Source: a bacterium
Lineage (GTDB): Bacteria > Patescibacteriota > Minisyncoccia > JAHIHE01
Reading direction: 5' to 3'
Assembly (NCBI GenBank): GCA_030693205.1
Contig: JAUYBG010000005.1
Span: 9,017 to 73,016 of the forward strand
Length of the DNA: 64,000 nucleotides
Shown: positions 27,013 through 36,570 of the stretch, piece by piece
Layout of the letters: each line of letters opens with the position of its first letter
How positions within the stretch are numbered: the stretch's first letter is position 1
Notes under the pieces: model-generated
What the model saw: the letters and a program-made list of their open reading frames with translations, nothing else
What the model was told of the DNA's origin: nothing
Databases searched by the model: none
Made by a program: the position numbers and the translations under genes

Positions 27013-27990
27013 ATGATTTGGCTTTACATCCTAATTTTTATAATTTCTTGCATTCTGCTTTATTTTTCCGGAGAACTTTTAGTTGGAAGCCTGACAAGAA
27101 TAGCCAAATTCATGGGCTGGAAGGAATTCGTAGTCGCTTTTTTATTAATGGCTTTTGCAAGTTCCCTGCCTAATCTTTTTGTTGGTGTTTTTTCGGCTTT
27201 GCACGGAGTCCCCCAGCTTTCTTTCGGCGATGTTTTGGGAAATAATATGGTAGCTATGACCTTGGCCGTAGGTTTGGCAGCTTTCTTTTCCCATACCGGA
27301 ATTCCAGGCAATAGCCAAACGATTCAAACAACGGCGGTTTTCGTTTTAGTCTCTGCGATTCTGCCTTTGCTTTTGTCGGCGGACGGAATCCTTTCAAGGG
27401 TTGATGGCGTTTTACTCATATCTTTTTTTGTGTTTTACCTTTATTGGCTCTTTTCAAAAAAAGAAAGATTTTCACGAGTTTATAACGGCGAACATAGCGC
27501 TTGTATTTACTCAAAGGTTTTAAGTATTTACAAAGACTTGGGCAGGGTAATTATAGCGGCAGTTTTCATAATAATTGCGGCCGAAGGAATCGTAAAATCA
27601 GCTGCTTTTTTTTCCTTTACTTTTAATTTGCCGCTGATTTTAATCGGAATTTTTATTACCGGACTGGGAAATGCCTTGCCGGAAATATATTTTACCGTAG
27701 CTTTGGCTAAGAAAGGGCATAACTGGATGATTTTGGGAACTTTGATGGGTGCTGTTATAATACCCGCTACTTTAGTTTTAGGAATTGTCTCTTTAATACA
27801 TCCGATTGAAATTATTAATTCTTCATACGGAGTTATCGCAAGATTATTTTTAATTATTGCGTCTTTATTCTTCTTTTTCTCGGTGCTAACCGGAAAAAGA
27901 ATTACGAAAAAGGAAGCTTTGGTTTTACTGGGACTCTACTTTATTTTTATCTTAGTCGCAATCGCCGTAGGAACATATGAAAATATTTAA
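27013..27990 (+). CDS. Sodium/calcium exchanger family membrane protein (CaCA, YrbG-like)
   Basis: Two alpha-repeat signatures GNNMVAMTLAVG and GNALPEIYFTVALAKKG. Confidence 0.8.
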   Translation: MIWLYILIFIISCILLYFSGELLVGSLTRIAKFMGWKEFVVAFLLMAFASSLPNLFVGVFSALHGVPQLSFGDVLGNNMVAMTLAVGLAAFFSHTGIPGNSQTIQTTAVFVLVSAILPLLLSADGILSRVDGVLLISFFVFYLYWLFSKKERFSRVYNGEHSACIYSKVLSIYKDLGRVIIAAVFIIIAAEGIVKSAAFFSFTFNLPLILIGIFITGLGNALPEIYFTVALAKKGHNWMILGTLMGAVIIPATLVLGIVSLIHPIEIINSSYGVIARLFLIIASLFFFFSVLTGKRITKKEALVLLGLYFIFILVAIAVGTYENI

Positions 27991-29332
27991 TAGCGCTAAG
28001 ACAGAGCGTTTTATCTGCGATTTTCACATTCATTCCAAATATTCCCGCGCTACCAGCCGCGATATGGAGCCCGAAGCGTTGGCTTATTGGGCCGCGATTA
28101 AAGGCATTAAAGTAGTGGGAACCGGGGATTTTACGCATCCGGTTTGGATCAAGGAATTGAAAGAGAAACTGGAGCCGGCGGAAAAGGGGCTTTATAAATT
28201 GAAAGACGCGAAGCTTGCGATAAAAAATAATTTTAATAATGCTAAAATTCCCGCGGAAGTAGTTTCGAAGATCCAAGCTTCCGCTCTTGGCGAGATAAGA
28301 TTTATTCTGACCGCGGAGATTTCCAGTATTTATTCGAAGGGCGGCAAAGTGCGGCGGGTTCATAATATTGTTTTTGCGCCTTCTTTTGAAATAGCCGATA
28401 AGATAAACGAGAAATTGAACACTATTGGAAATTTGCATTCGGACGGACGGCCGATCTTGGGACTAGACTCGAAGGATCTTTTAAAAATTATTTTAAATAT
28501 TTCCACTTCCGCGGTGCTGGTTCCCGCGCATGCCTGGACTCCTTGGTTTTCGGTTTTCGGTTCCAAATCCGGTTTTGATTCACTGGAAGAATGTTTTGAC
28601 GAATACACAAAATTTATTTTTGCCGTTGAAACCGGATTATCCAGCGATCCGGCGATGAATTGGCGCTTGAGCAAGCTTGATAATATTTCGTTGATCTCCA
28701 ATTCCGACGCGCATTCTCCGGAAAATTTGGGACGAGAAGCCAATATTTTTGAAGGAGAGGTGGTCGATTATTATTCAATAATGAGCGCGATAAAGAATAA
28801 AGGGGAATCTGACGTTAAAAAAACCTTACCGTTGAAATTTGTTTCGACTGTCGAGTTTTTTTCCGAGGAAGGGAAATATCATTATGACGGTCATCGGCTT
28901 TGCAAGATTTCCATGAGTCCCGAGGAAACCAAAAAGGCGAAAGGCATTTGTCCGGTTTGCGGAAAACCGCTGACCATAGGCGTGATGTACCGGGTGGATG
29001 AATTAGCTGATAGAGCGATTGGCGGAAAACCGGCTAAATTCGTGCCTTATAAAAATTTAATTCCGCTGAAGGAGATCATTGCGGATGCTATGGGCGTGGC
29101 CAAAGGCGCAAAAAAAGTAAATGAAGAATATTTTAAACTAATAAGCCATTTCGAGACAGAGTTTGCCATTCTGCTTGACGTTGATATTAAAGAGATAGCC
29201 AAAAATACGACTTCTTTGATTGCGGAAGGAATTGAGAAAATGAGAGCCGGACATGTGCAGCTTGTACCAGGTTTTGACGGAGAGTATGGAAAAATCAAGA
29301 TTTTTGACGGTAAGAAAAAGGAAAAACAATAA
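27977..29332 (+). CDS. PHP-domain nuclease with C-terminal zinc ribbon, endonuclease Q-like
   Basis: N-terminal PHP signature DFHIHSKYSRATSRDM...GTGDFTHP (compare EndoQ DLHIHS...GTGD); C-terminal CPVCGKPLTIGV Zn-binding motif; size about 450 aa. Confidence 0.5.
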   Translation: MKIFNSAKTERFICDFHIHSKYSRATSRDMEPEALAYWAAIKGIKVVGTGDFTHPVWIKELKEKLEPAEKGLYKLKDAKLAIKNNFNNAKIPAEVVSKIQASALGEIRFILTAEISSIYSKGGKVRRVHNIVFAPSFEIADKINEKLNTIGNLHSDGRPILGLDSKDLLKIILNISTSAVLVPAHAWTPWFSVFGSKSGFDSLEECFDEYTKFIFAVETGLSSDPAMNWRLSKLDNISLISNSDAHSPENLGREANIFEGEVVDYYSIMSAIKNKGESDVKKTLPLKFVSTVEFFSEEGKYHYDGHRLCKISMSPEETKKAKGICPVCGKPLTIGVMYRVDELADRAIGGKPAKFVPYKNLIPLKEIIADAMGVAKGAKKVNEEYFKLISHFETEFAILLDVDIKEIAKNTTSLIAEGIEKMRAGHVQLVPGFDGEYGKIKIFDGKKKEKQ

Positions 29333-29364
29333 AGTTTGGTATAAAGCATAAATCCGCGCAGGGC

Positions 29365-29393
29365 TTGACAAGAAAATTAATTATTGCTATACT
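29365..29393 (+). promoter_or_regulatory. Consensus promoter (TTGACA, 17-nt spacer, TATACT)
   Basis: TTGACA at 29365-29370, TATACT at 29388-29393. Confidence 0.55.
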
Positions 29394-29399
29394 TTTTAA

Positions 29400-29500
29400 C
29401 GCTAACCACTTAGTAATCACAAAGGTAATCACAGGTGGCTTACTGCTTAGTTTTTGGCAGGTTCTTCCGCCAACACTCCTCCCTTTGTGATTCTTTTTTA
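29400..29500 (+). ncRNA. Candidate small RNA or leader: long-range stem (AATCACAAAGG / CCTTTGTGATT) enclosing a sub-hairpin, ending in a U-tract
   Basis: Transcript predicted from the promoter above; 11-bp complementary arms at 29415-29425 and 29482-29492, followed by TCTTTTTTAAAA. Confidence 0.35.
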
Positions 29501-29536
29501 AAATCAAGCTTAAATAAGCTTGGTGTGTGGTCAGGT

Positions 29537-29613
29537 GGGCGATAGTTCGTAATTTCTAATGATACTTTGCCGGGATGCAAAGATTAAGATACGAACTATA
29601 CGCCCTTTTAATT
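29537..29613 (+). ncRNA. Second structured element: long imperfect stem GGGCGATAGTTCGTA / TACGAACTATACGCCC with internal CTTTGC/GCAAAG hairpin, then TTTTAATTTT
   Basis: Seen directly in the sequence between the first structure and tRNA-Arg. Confidence 0.3.
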
Positions 29614-29654
29614 TTGCCAAAAAAGCTTAAAATGGTAGAATTGATGTTAGAGAA

Positions 29655-29729
29655 AGCTCTCGTAGTTCAATGGATAGAATGCGAGCCTCCGAAGCTTGTG
29701 ATACAGGTTCGATTCCTGTCGAGAGCACC
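29655..29729 (+). tRNA. tRNA-Arg (anticodon CCG), CCA encoded
   Basis: Manual fold: acceptor GCTCTCG/CGAGAGC, anticodon loop CTCCGAA (CCG), T-arm ACAGGTTCGATTCCTGT, discriminator A, then CCA. Confidence 0.85.
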
Positions 29730-29745
29730 AATTAAATAATTTTTA

Positions 29746-30738
29746 ATGACCGATTTTATGCAAATTATTAAACCAAAAAAACTTCAAAAAGGCGATATGG
29801 TGGCAATTGTTTCGCCGTCCGGAGGAGTGTCAGAAGAATTAAAAAATCAATTTAATAGTGGCATTAAATTTCTGGAAAATTTGGGTTTAAAAGTAAAAAT
29901 TAGCAAGAATGCTTTAGGTAGATATTATTATTCTTCAGGAACGACAGAAGCGCGATTGAGTGATTTTCACGAAGCATTTAGGGATAAAGAGGTTAAGGCG
30001 GTAATAATGTCTATTGGAGGAACAACAGCTAATAATCTTTTGGACGGATTGGATTTTGATTTGATCAGAAGAAACCCAAAAATATTTTTAGGGATCAGTG
30101 ATGGTACAACCTTATTGAATCCGATATTTTCTAAAACAGGTTTAATTACTTATCATGGGCCTGATCTAATTTTTACTTTCGGCTTGCCAGTGTCGCCGGT
30201 AATCAAAGAAAACTTAGTTAAAACTTTATTTGAAGGAAAAGGAGGGCAATTATCGCCGAATCCGGAATGGAAGGGTCTGGATAAACTGAATGAAAATGAA
30301 AAGTATCAAGGGTGGCGAACAGTGCGGCCGGGCAAAGCGAATGGGCGATTAATCGGCGGGAATATTGCTTGTCTTGAAAATTTGGATAATACCGAATTTA
30401 GACCGGATTATAAAAAAGTGATTTTGTTTTTGGAAGCGTATATGGTTAAAATCGAAGATATTGATATGACACTTACGCACTTTCGCCAGGCGAAAATTTT
30501 TGATGAAATCAGTGGTTTGATTCTTGGTCAATTTTATGGTTCGCATATGGCGGACAAAAAGCAAGACAGGGAAGTGCGGGATGTAATTTTAGAAGTTACA
30601 AAAAACTATTTTTTTCCGATTTTGGAAGTCGGAGAAATTGGGCATAATGTAGAAAATTATATTATACCTATCGGTTGCCGGGCAACTGTTGATGCCGAGC
30701 GGAAATATTTTTCAATTGACGAAGAAACGGTTATATAA
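29746..30738 (+). CDS. LD-carboxypeptidase (peptidase S66; LdcA/MccF family)
   Basis: KGDMVAIVSPSGGV, catalytic Ser region ILGISDGTTLL, C-terminal His/Glu region; 330 aa. Confidence 0.8.
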   Translation: MTDFMQIIKPKKLQKGDMVAIVSPSGGVSEELKNQFNSGIKFLENLGLKVKISKNALGRYYYSSGTTEARLSDFHEAFRDKEVKAVIMSIGGTTANNLLDGLDFDLIRRNPKIFLGISDGTTLLNPIFSKTGLITYHGPDLIFTFGLPVSPVIKENLVKTLFEGKGGQLSPNPEWKGLDKLNENEKYQGWRTVRPGKANGRLIGGNIACLENLDNTEFRPDYKKVILFLEAYMVKIEDIDMTLTHFRQAKIFDEISGLILGQFYGSHMADKKQDREVRDVILEVTKNYFFPILEVGEIGHNVENYIIPIGCRATVDAERKYFSIDEETVI

Positions 30739-30762
30739 GCAAATAGTTTAAACAATAAATCT

Positions 30763-31302
30763 ATGGCGGGAAAAATCAAAAAAATATCTTCAGAAGTAGA
30801 TTATAAGACCCCATATTTTAAAATTGTTAAAAGCGGTTTTTTGATTCCTGGGCAAAAAAAGCCGATTTATTGGTATCTTTTGAAACGCGCAAGTTACGCC
30901 GCGATTTTAGCGAAGGAGGGAAATTATTTTTATATGGTGGAGACATATAGGTTTGCGGTGGAGAAAAAAATGCTGGAATTTCCGGCAGGAGTTATTGAAA
31001 AAGGAGAAACGCCGCGGGTGGCGGCAAAAAGAGAGCTTGGCGAAGAAGCCGGCATTGTTGCCAAAAAATTTACTTTTTTGGGCTGGTATTACGCTTTTGT
31101 CGGAATGTCAGATAGCAAATCTTATGTTTTTTTGGCTGAAAATTTAAGTTTTACAAAACAAAAACTGGACGAAAGCGAATATGGTATGAAAGTGAAAAAA
31201 ATAAAAATTTCCGATGTGGAAAATTTAATAAGAAAAGGAAAAATCCGGGGCGAGCATAGTATAAATAGTTTTTATATTTATAAGCTAAAAAATAAAAAAT
31301 AA
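30763..31302 (+). CDS. NUDIX hydrolase
   Basis: Nudix box FPAGVIEKGETPRVAAKRELGEEAGI. Confidence 0.8.
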   Translation: MAGKIKKISSEVDYKTPYFKIVKSGFLIPGQKKPIYWYLLKRASYAAILAKEGNYFYMVETYRFAVEKKMLEFPAGVIEKGETPRVAAKRELGEEAGIVAKKFTFLGWYYAFVGMSDSKSYVFLAENLSFTKQKLDESEYGMKVKKIKISDVENLIRKGKIRGEHSINSFYIYKLKNKK

Positions 31303-31318
31303 GCCGAATGGTTTCGGC

Positions 31319-33031
31319 TTATAGATTTTTTACCATATATTCATCTTTTAGTCTATAACTCAATTTTCTGTAATAATCGCGCACTCCAATTCCGGAGATG
31401 ACCGCGATTTTTTTTATGCCAAATTCTTCGCGCACGATCCGTTCGGCTTCGGCGATCAATTGTTTGCCCAATCCGATATGTTGAGCGTTCCTTGTGCCTT
31501 TTTCCGCGATTGGCACAAGTTGGCCGTAAGTATGCACTTCTCGGATAATTGCCGCGTTTTGCAATGCTGGAATAAAATGTTTACCCTCCGAAGCCTTGGC
31601 GAAGGGGGGCTTTTTGCGTGATAATACTTTCGAAGGTATTCTCAGGCGCAAAAGCGCGAATAGTTTATCTTGTTTGGTGTCCTCAAAAGATAAGAAAATT
31701 TCTTTTCCGCCCGATGCCGGATAATCCATTCTTTTTAATTTTAGATTTTTAGGCGCGAATGTTTTATCTTTGATCTCGCGGCAGCGGATGCATCGGCAAT
31801 GCAGAATATCTTGGCGAGTTTTTTGCTCGATTATTTGGCGCAGGTTGGAAATCTTACTTCCGGCGATAATGCTTTGCGAAGGGATATCGCGCACAAGGCG
31901 CATAATTCGGACATAGGGCGGAATATCTTTTTTTATATCAATCAAAAGATTCAGCAGTTGCTTGTCGGAGTATGGCTTGTATTTACCTCGTTTCCACCAT
32001 TGATAAAGCTCGGAATTTTTTACCACTACGGTCGGATAAATTTTTAAAATATCCGGCTGGAAGTTTTTGTTGCTGAAAATCTCTCGAAACATTTTTTTAT
32101 CGCGGCTTATGCTGGATCCGGGAAGATTCGGCATCATATGGTAATTGATCTTTAGCCCGGCGTCTTTCAGAAGTTTTGTAGCTTGAATGGTTTGGGAAAT
32201 ATTGTGTCCGCGTTTATTTAATTTTAAGACATCGTCATAAATGCTTTGTACGCCGAGCTCTACCCGAGTTACGCCGAGTTCGCGCAGTTTCAAAACTTCT
32301 TTTTCATTAATATAGTCTGGCCGGGTCTCAATAGTAATACCGACAAGACGATGTTTAGATTTCTCGTTTATTTTTTTAATTTGTTTTAAAGTTTGTGTTT
32401 TGGAATTTTTGATTTGTTTGGGATTTGGGATTTGGGATTTGGGATTTGTGGCAAAAGTATTTGCCGCTTGGTAGCATCTTTTAATAAATTCGTATCTATA
32501 CTTATCCGGTATGGAACTAAAAGTCCCTCCAATAATAATTAATTCTATCTTGTCTGTAGGGTGGCCGGAATTTTCCAGTCCCTCAAGGCGCGTTTGGACT
32601 TGCCGGTATGGATCAAAGTCGTTGGCAATTGCCCGCATTACCGCCGGTTCGTTGGAAAGATAGCTTTTGGGCATGCCTTTTTCTGTGGGGCAATAAAGGC
32701 AATTGCCCGGACAGCCGAAGTCTTTGGTCAGCACCGCTACTACTGCTACGCCGGATTGGGAGCGCACTTTTCGAGTGCGGAGGAGGTTTTTTATCTCTTC
32801 TTGGCGGCTCAAAGAGGGCTTAAGCGCGCCGCTTTTTATCATTGTATTATACTCTTTAAGGAGTATAATATTTGTAGGCGTTTTAAGGTATTTTTTGCCG
32901 AATTTCCGCTTCAAAACGGAAAGAGCGTCAGGATTATTGACGTTGTTTTTAATGATTAATCTAATAAGCTGTTGGTTAATTGTCATCCCGTTTTTATTTA
33001 TTATTGCAAGATATGGATATTCAATACGCAA
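31319..33031 (-). CDS. Elp3-like radical SAM / GNAT acetyltransferase (tRNA wobble-uridine modification enzyme homolog)
   Basis: Radical SAM motif AVLTKDFGCPGNCLYCP (Cx4Cx2C) in an Elp3-like context; C-terminal GNAT region (HIGLGKQLIAEAERIVREEFGIKKIAVISGIGVRDYYRKL); 570 aa. Contains a low-complexity insert encoded by a 7-bp microsatellite. Confidence 0.65.
   Translation of the reverse strand: MRIEYPYLAIINKNGMTINQQLIRLIIKNNVNNPDALSVLKRKFGKKYLKTPTNIILLKEYNTMIKSGALKPSLSRQEEIKNLLRTRKVRSQSGVAVVAVLTKDFGCPGNCLYCPTEKGMPKSYLSNEPAVMRAIANDFDPYRQVQTRLEGLENSGHPTDKIELIIIGGTFSSIPDKYRYEFIKRCYQAANTFATNPKSQIPNPKQIKNSKTQTLKQIKKINEKSKHRLVGITIETRPDYINEKEVLKLRELGVTRVELGVQSIYDDVLKLNKRGHNISQTIQATKLLKDAGLKINYHMMPNLPGSSISRDKKMFREIFSNKNFQPDILKIYPTVVVKNSELYQWWKRGKYKPYSDKQLLNLLIDIKKDIPPYVRIMRLVRDIPSQSIIAGSKISNLRQIIEQKTRQDILHCRCIRCREIKDKTFAPKNLKLKRMDYPASGGKEIFLSFEDTKQDKLFALLRLRIPSKVLSRKKPPFAKASEGKHFIPALQNAAIIREVHTYGQLVPIAEKGTRNAQHIGLGKQLIAEAERIVREEFGIKKIAVISGIGVRDYYRKLSYRLKDEYMVKNL
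32417..32450. repeat. 7-bp microsatellite (TTTGGGA, about 4.7 copies) inside the Elp3-like coding sequence
   Basis: TTTGGGATTTGGGATTTGGGATTTGGGATTTGTGG; encodes the PNPKSQIPNPKQIK linker on the minus strand. Confidence 0.8.
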
Positions 33032-33744
33032 AATTTTTAATGGAAAAAACCAAGCGAGATTACGATGAAATTGCCGAGGAATTTTCGGCTACTCGGAAGT
33101 CTATGTGGCCGGAGCTCGGGGATTTGGATAAATACGCGGAAGAAGGCGATAGTGTTCTTGACATCGGCTGCGGAAACGGCAAACTTTTCGGATTTTTGGC
33201 GGAGAAAAGAAAAAATTTTTCGTATGTCGGTTTGGATATTTCGGAAAATCTTATAAATATTGCGAAACAGAATTTTAAAGCGGAAAATGCCGAATTTAAG
33301 GTTTTTGACGGAATCGAAATTCCATATGCTGAAAATAGCTTTGATATTATTTATTGTCTCGCCACATTGCCTCATCTTCCTGGCCGCGAAATGCAGATAA
33401 ACTTCTTGGAAAATGTCCGAAAAATTGCGAAACCCGGGGCAAAACTGATCATAACTTGCTGGAATCTTTGGCAGTTTAAGTTTATCAAATATCAAGCAAA
33501 AATGATAGTTAATTGTATCACAGATAAGATTTTAGGCAAGGATGAGTATGATTGGGGTGATTTGTATATTCCTTGGAAAAAACGCGGAGTTCCGCCGATT
33601 TTTCGCTTTTATCATGCTTTTACACTTGCTGAATTAAATAGTATTTTGAAAAAAGCGGGATGGGAAGTGGAAGAAATCGGTTATAAAAATCGCAACGGGA
33701 AGAAAAATTTCAATCTTTTCGCAGTGGCAAGAAAACCGATATAG
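32980..33744 (+). CDS. Class I SAM-dependent methyltransferase (Methyltransf_11-like)
   Basis: Motif I VLDIGCGNGKLFGFLAE, motif II/III present; its 5' end overlaps the convergent Elp3 gene by about 50 nt on the opposite strand. Confidence 0.7.
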   Translation: MSSRFYLLLQDMDIQYAKFLMEKTKRDYDEIAEEFSATRKSMWPELGDLDKYAEEGDSVLDIGCGNGKLFGFLAEKRKNFSYVGLDISENLINIAKQNFKAENAEFKVFDGIEIPYAENSFDIIYCLATLPHLPGREMQINFLENVRKIAKPGAKLIITCWNLWQFKFIKYQAKMIVNCITDKILGKDEYDWGDLYIPWKKRGVPPIFRFYHAFTLAELNSILKKAGWEVEEIGYKNRNGKKNFNLFAVARKPI

Positions 33745-33861
33745 TTAAAGTATGTTAAAAAGCAGGGTATTTCGCTCCGCTTTTTAAAATAGTGTTTTTA
33801 GTTGATTTTAAGCGGGTTTTGGGGTAAAATTAGGTAATAGTTGAATTTAAGGAAAATAATT

Positions 33862-36570
33862 ATGCAAGAACAAGCGAAAGAAAAAATAAAAGCGCTGGTG
33901 GAAAAATACGAGAAAATCAAGAGTTCGGGGAAATTAAAATCATATACCGAAGAAGAAACCAAGAAAGATCTAATCCTTCCTCTTTTGGAAGCGCTGGGCT
34001 GGAATGTTTTCGACAAAAACGAAGTTTCAGCCGAAGAACATATCATTTCTTCTGGCAGGGTTGATTACGGGATCTATCTTAACGGCAGGGCTAAATTTTA
34101 TCTGGAAGCAAAAAAGCTTAGCGCGGATTTGCAGCGAGAGGATTTTGCCAACCAATCAATTCGCTATTCGTGGAACAAAGGCGTGACTTGGGCCGTTTTG
34201 ACCGATTTTGAAAGTTTTAAAGTATTCAATGCTCAAGAAATTGATAAATCGCTGGCGGATAAATTGCTTTTTGAAATCCCTTATACCCAATATCTTGAAC
34301 GTTTTGACGAACAATTAAGCCTTCTTTCCAAAGAAGCGTTTGAAAAAGGCCTGATTGATAAATACGCCGAGGAACACGGCAAAAAACTGCAAAAAATATC
34401 CGTAAGCGCGCTTTTATACAAAGATTTGCAAAAAGCCAGAGATATTCTTACTAAAAGTCTGGCGGCGTGGAATGAAAAAGTTCCCAAAGACCTGCTTGAC
34501 GAAGGCGTGCAAAAATTGCTTGATCGCCTTATATTTCTTAGAGTAGCCGAAGATCGCGGCGTTGAGCCGCCGACATTGATTCCGATGATTAGGCAGTGGC
34601 AGGCCAGAAGCAAACAAGAACGCATTTACAAATCAATGATTGAGAAATTTCGGGAATTCGATAAGATTTATAATTCCAATTTATTCTCGCCGCATCCTTT
34701 TGAAGAGTGGGAAGAATACGACGACTCGACTGAAAAGGTGATTAATATTCTCTATGGTAAAAAAGGATATTATGAATACGATTTCAGCGCGATGCCGGCC
34801 GATGTGTTGGGTAGCGTTTACGAGAATTATCTGGGCTATCGGCTTTCACAGTCCAAAAAAGGAATGACTGTTGATAAGGATGCCAAAAAGCGCAAAGAGC
34901 AAGGTATTTATTACACGCCGACTTTTGTGGTTGATTATATTGTCAAAAACGCTTTGGGTCCGGTTTTGGCTGAATGTAAAAGCATCACCGATCTTAAAAA
35001 AATCAAGGTTCTTGATCCGGCTTGCGGTTCGGGCTCGTTTCTTGTCAAGGCTTTGGAAGCGATAAATGATAAATATAAGGATTTCGGCGCTGACGGCGGG
35101 GTTTATACCAAGCTTCAGATTTTAACCGAAAATATCTACGGGGTTGATCTTGACGAACAGGCGGTGGAAATCGCCAGATTGAATTTGTTGATTAACGCTT
35201 TGGATAGCAAGATTAAACTGCCGTCGCTCGCGAAAAATATTAAAAATGGTAATTCACTGATCTCCGACACCGACGAAGAATTAAAAAAATATTTTGGCAA
35301 AAATTTCAGGGACAAAAAGCCATTTAATTGGCAGGAAGAATTTCCAGAAGTTTTCGCGCAAGGCGGTTTTGATGTGATTATTGGCAATCCGCCGTATATT
35401 TTTGCTCGTGGCGGTAATTTTGATGAAAATGAAAAGAAATATTATTATGATAACTTTAAATTGCAGCAGTATCAACTAAATACTTTTTTGCTTTTTATAG
35501 AGCAAGGTTATAATTTATTAAAACAAAACGGCGAGTTTGGTTTTATTGTTCCCAATAATTGGTTGACTATAAATTCATTTTCAAAACTGAGAGAATTTTT
35601 GCTAAAAAATGTTGCTGATTTAAAAATTATTAACGCTATCGAAACTGTTTTTGATCAAGCTAGTGTGGATACAGGCCTTTTGTTATTTCAAAAATCAAAA
35701 CCGACAGAAATTCAACTTGGGGAATTGAAAGAGGGTAATATGCTCGATTTAACTACCTATAAACCAGAAAATTTCTATCAAAATGATTTTATTATTAATA
35801 TTTCAAAATCTAAGAATGTTAACGATAACAATATTTTGAGTAAATTTGAAAAATGTGTTCAACTTAATGAAATTGCGATTGTAAAATCTGGGCTAAAAGC
35901 ATACGAAGTCGGAAAAGGTATTCCTGCTCAAACTAAACAAATGAAGGATGATAGAGTTTATCATTCAAAAACAAAAATTGATCAAAATTATTTTCCCTAC
36001 TTAGAAGGTAAAAATGTTCAAAGGTTTAAAATAAACTGGAGTGGTTGGTATTTGAAATACGGAAAATGCCTTGCTGCCTCCCGAGAAGAAAAGTTATTTA
36101 AAAGTGAAAGAATTTTAGTTAGGCAAATTCCGTCTCCTTTTCCTAGTTGTATAAACGGTGTATTTACCAATAAAGATTATTTAAACGATATAAACAGCAT
36201 GATAATTTATGCTTCTACTAAAGAGTATAATCTTAAATATATTTTAGGGGTTATAAACTCTAGATTAATTTCTTATTGGTTTGTAAAGACTTTTGATAAA
36301 TTTCAGAGAAAGATATTTCCGCAATTTAAGGTTAATGAGCTTGCAAAATTTCCTATTTATCCAGCCAACAGGAAGCAACAGATGACTGTTGTAAATTTAG
36401 TTAATAAAATGCTTGCGTTTAACGAGGAGCTTTTAGAAGCTCCCAAAAATTCCAATAAATGGAATTCGATAAAAGAGGAAATTGAGAAGACGGATAGAAA
36501 AATAGACAAGGAAGTTTATGAGCTTTATGGATTGAGGGAGGAGGAAATTAGGATCGTGGAAAATATATGA
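33862..36570 (+). CDS. Single-chain Type IIG restriction-modification enzyme (N-terminal PD-(D/E)xK nuclease, gamma-class N6-adenine methyltransferase, C-terminal target-recognition domain)
   Basis: N-terminal HsdR_N-like nuclease motif (GRVDYGIYLNGRAKFYLEAKK); methyltransferase motif I VLDPACGSGSFLV and motif IV GNPPYI; long C-terminal specificity domain. Start set to the ATG at 33862; the track start is TTG. Confidence 0.75.
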   Translation: MQEQAKEKIKALVEKYEKIKSSGKLKSYTEEETKKDLILPLLEALGWNVFDKNEVSAEEHIISSGRVDYGIYLNGRAKFYLEAKKLSADLQREDFANQSIRYSWNKGVTWAVLTDFESFKVFNAQEIDKSLADKLLFEIPYTQYLERFDEQLSLLSKEAFEKGLIDKYAEEHGKKLQKISVSALLYKDLQKARDILTKSLAAWNEKVPKDLLDEGVQKLLDRLIFLRVAEDRGVEPPTLIPMIRQWQARSKQERIYKSMIEKFREFDKIYNSNLFSPHPFEEWEEYDDSTEKVINILYGKKGYYEYDFSAMPADVLGSVYENYLGYRLSQSKKGMTVDKDAKKRKEQGIYYTPTFVVDYIVKNALGPVLAECKSITDLKKIKVLDPACGSGSFLVKALEAINDKYKDFGADGGVYTKLQILTENIYGVDLDEQAVEIARLNLLINALDSKIKLPSLAKNIKNGNSLISDTDEELKKYFGKNFRDKKPFNWQEEFPEVFAQGGFDVIIGNPPYIFARGGNFDENEKKYYYDNFKLQQYQLNTFLLFIEQGYNLLKQNGEFGFIVPNNWLTINSFSKLREFLLKNVADLKIINAIETVFDQASVDTGLLLFQKSKPTEIQLGELKEGNMLDLTTYKPENFYQNDFIINISKSKNVNDNNILSKFEKCVQLNEIAIVKSGLKAYEVGKGIPAQTKQMKDDRVYHSKTKIDQNYFPYLEGKNVQRFKINWSGWYLKYGKCLAASREEKLFKSERILVRQIPSPFPSCINGVFTNKDYLNDINSMIIYASTKEYNLKYILGVINSRLISYWFVKTFDKFQRKIFPQFKVNELAKFPIYPANRKQQMTVVNLVNKMLAFNEELLEAPKNSNKWNSIKEEIEKTDRKIDKEVYELYGLREEEIRIVENI

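Noticed and set aside
29400-29640. SRP RNA, 6S RNA or RNase P identity for the structured region upstream of tRNA-Arg
   Set aside because: It lacks the SRP domain IV AGGAAGCAG motif, the RNase P P4 motifs and a 6S-like closing stem. It is left as an unclassified sRNA or leader candidate.
32395-32450. Possible CRISPR-like or other arrayed repeat
   Set aside because: It is a simple 7-bp microsatellite inside a coding sequence, with no spacers and no CRISPR repeat structure. No CRISPR array or cas genes exist anywhere in the window.
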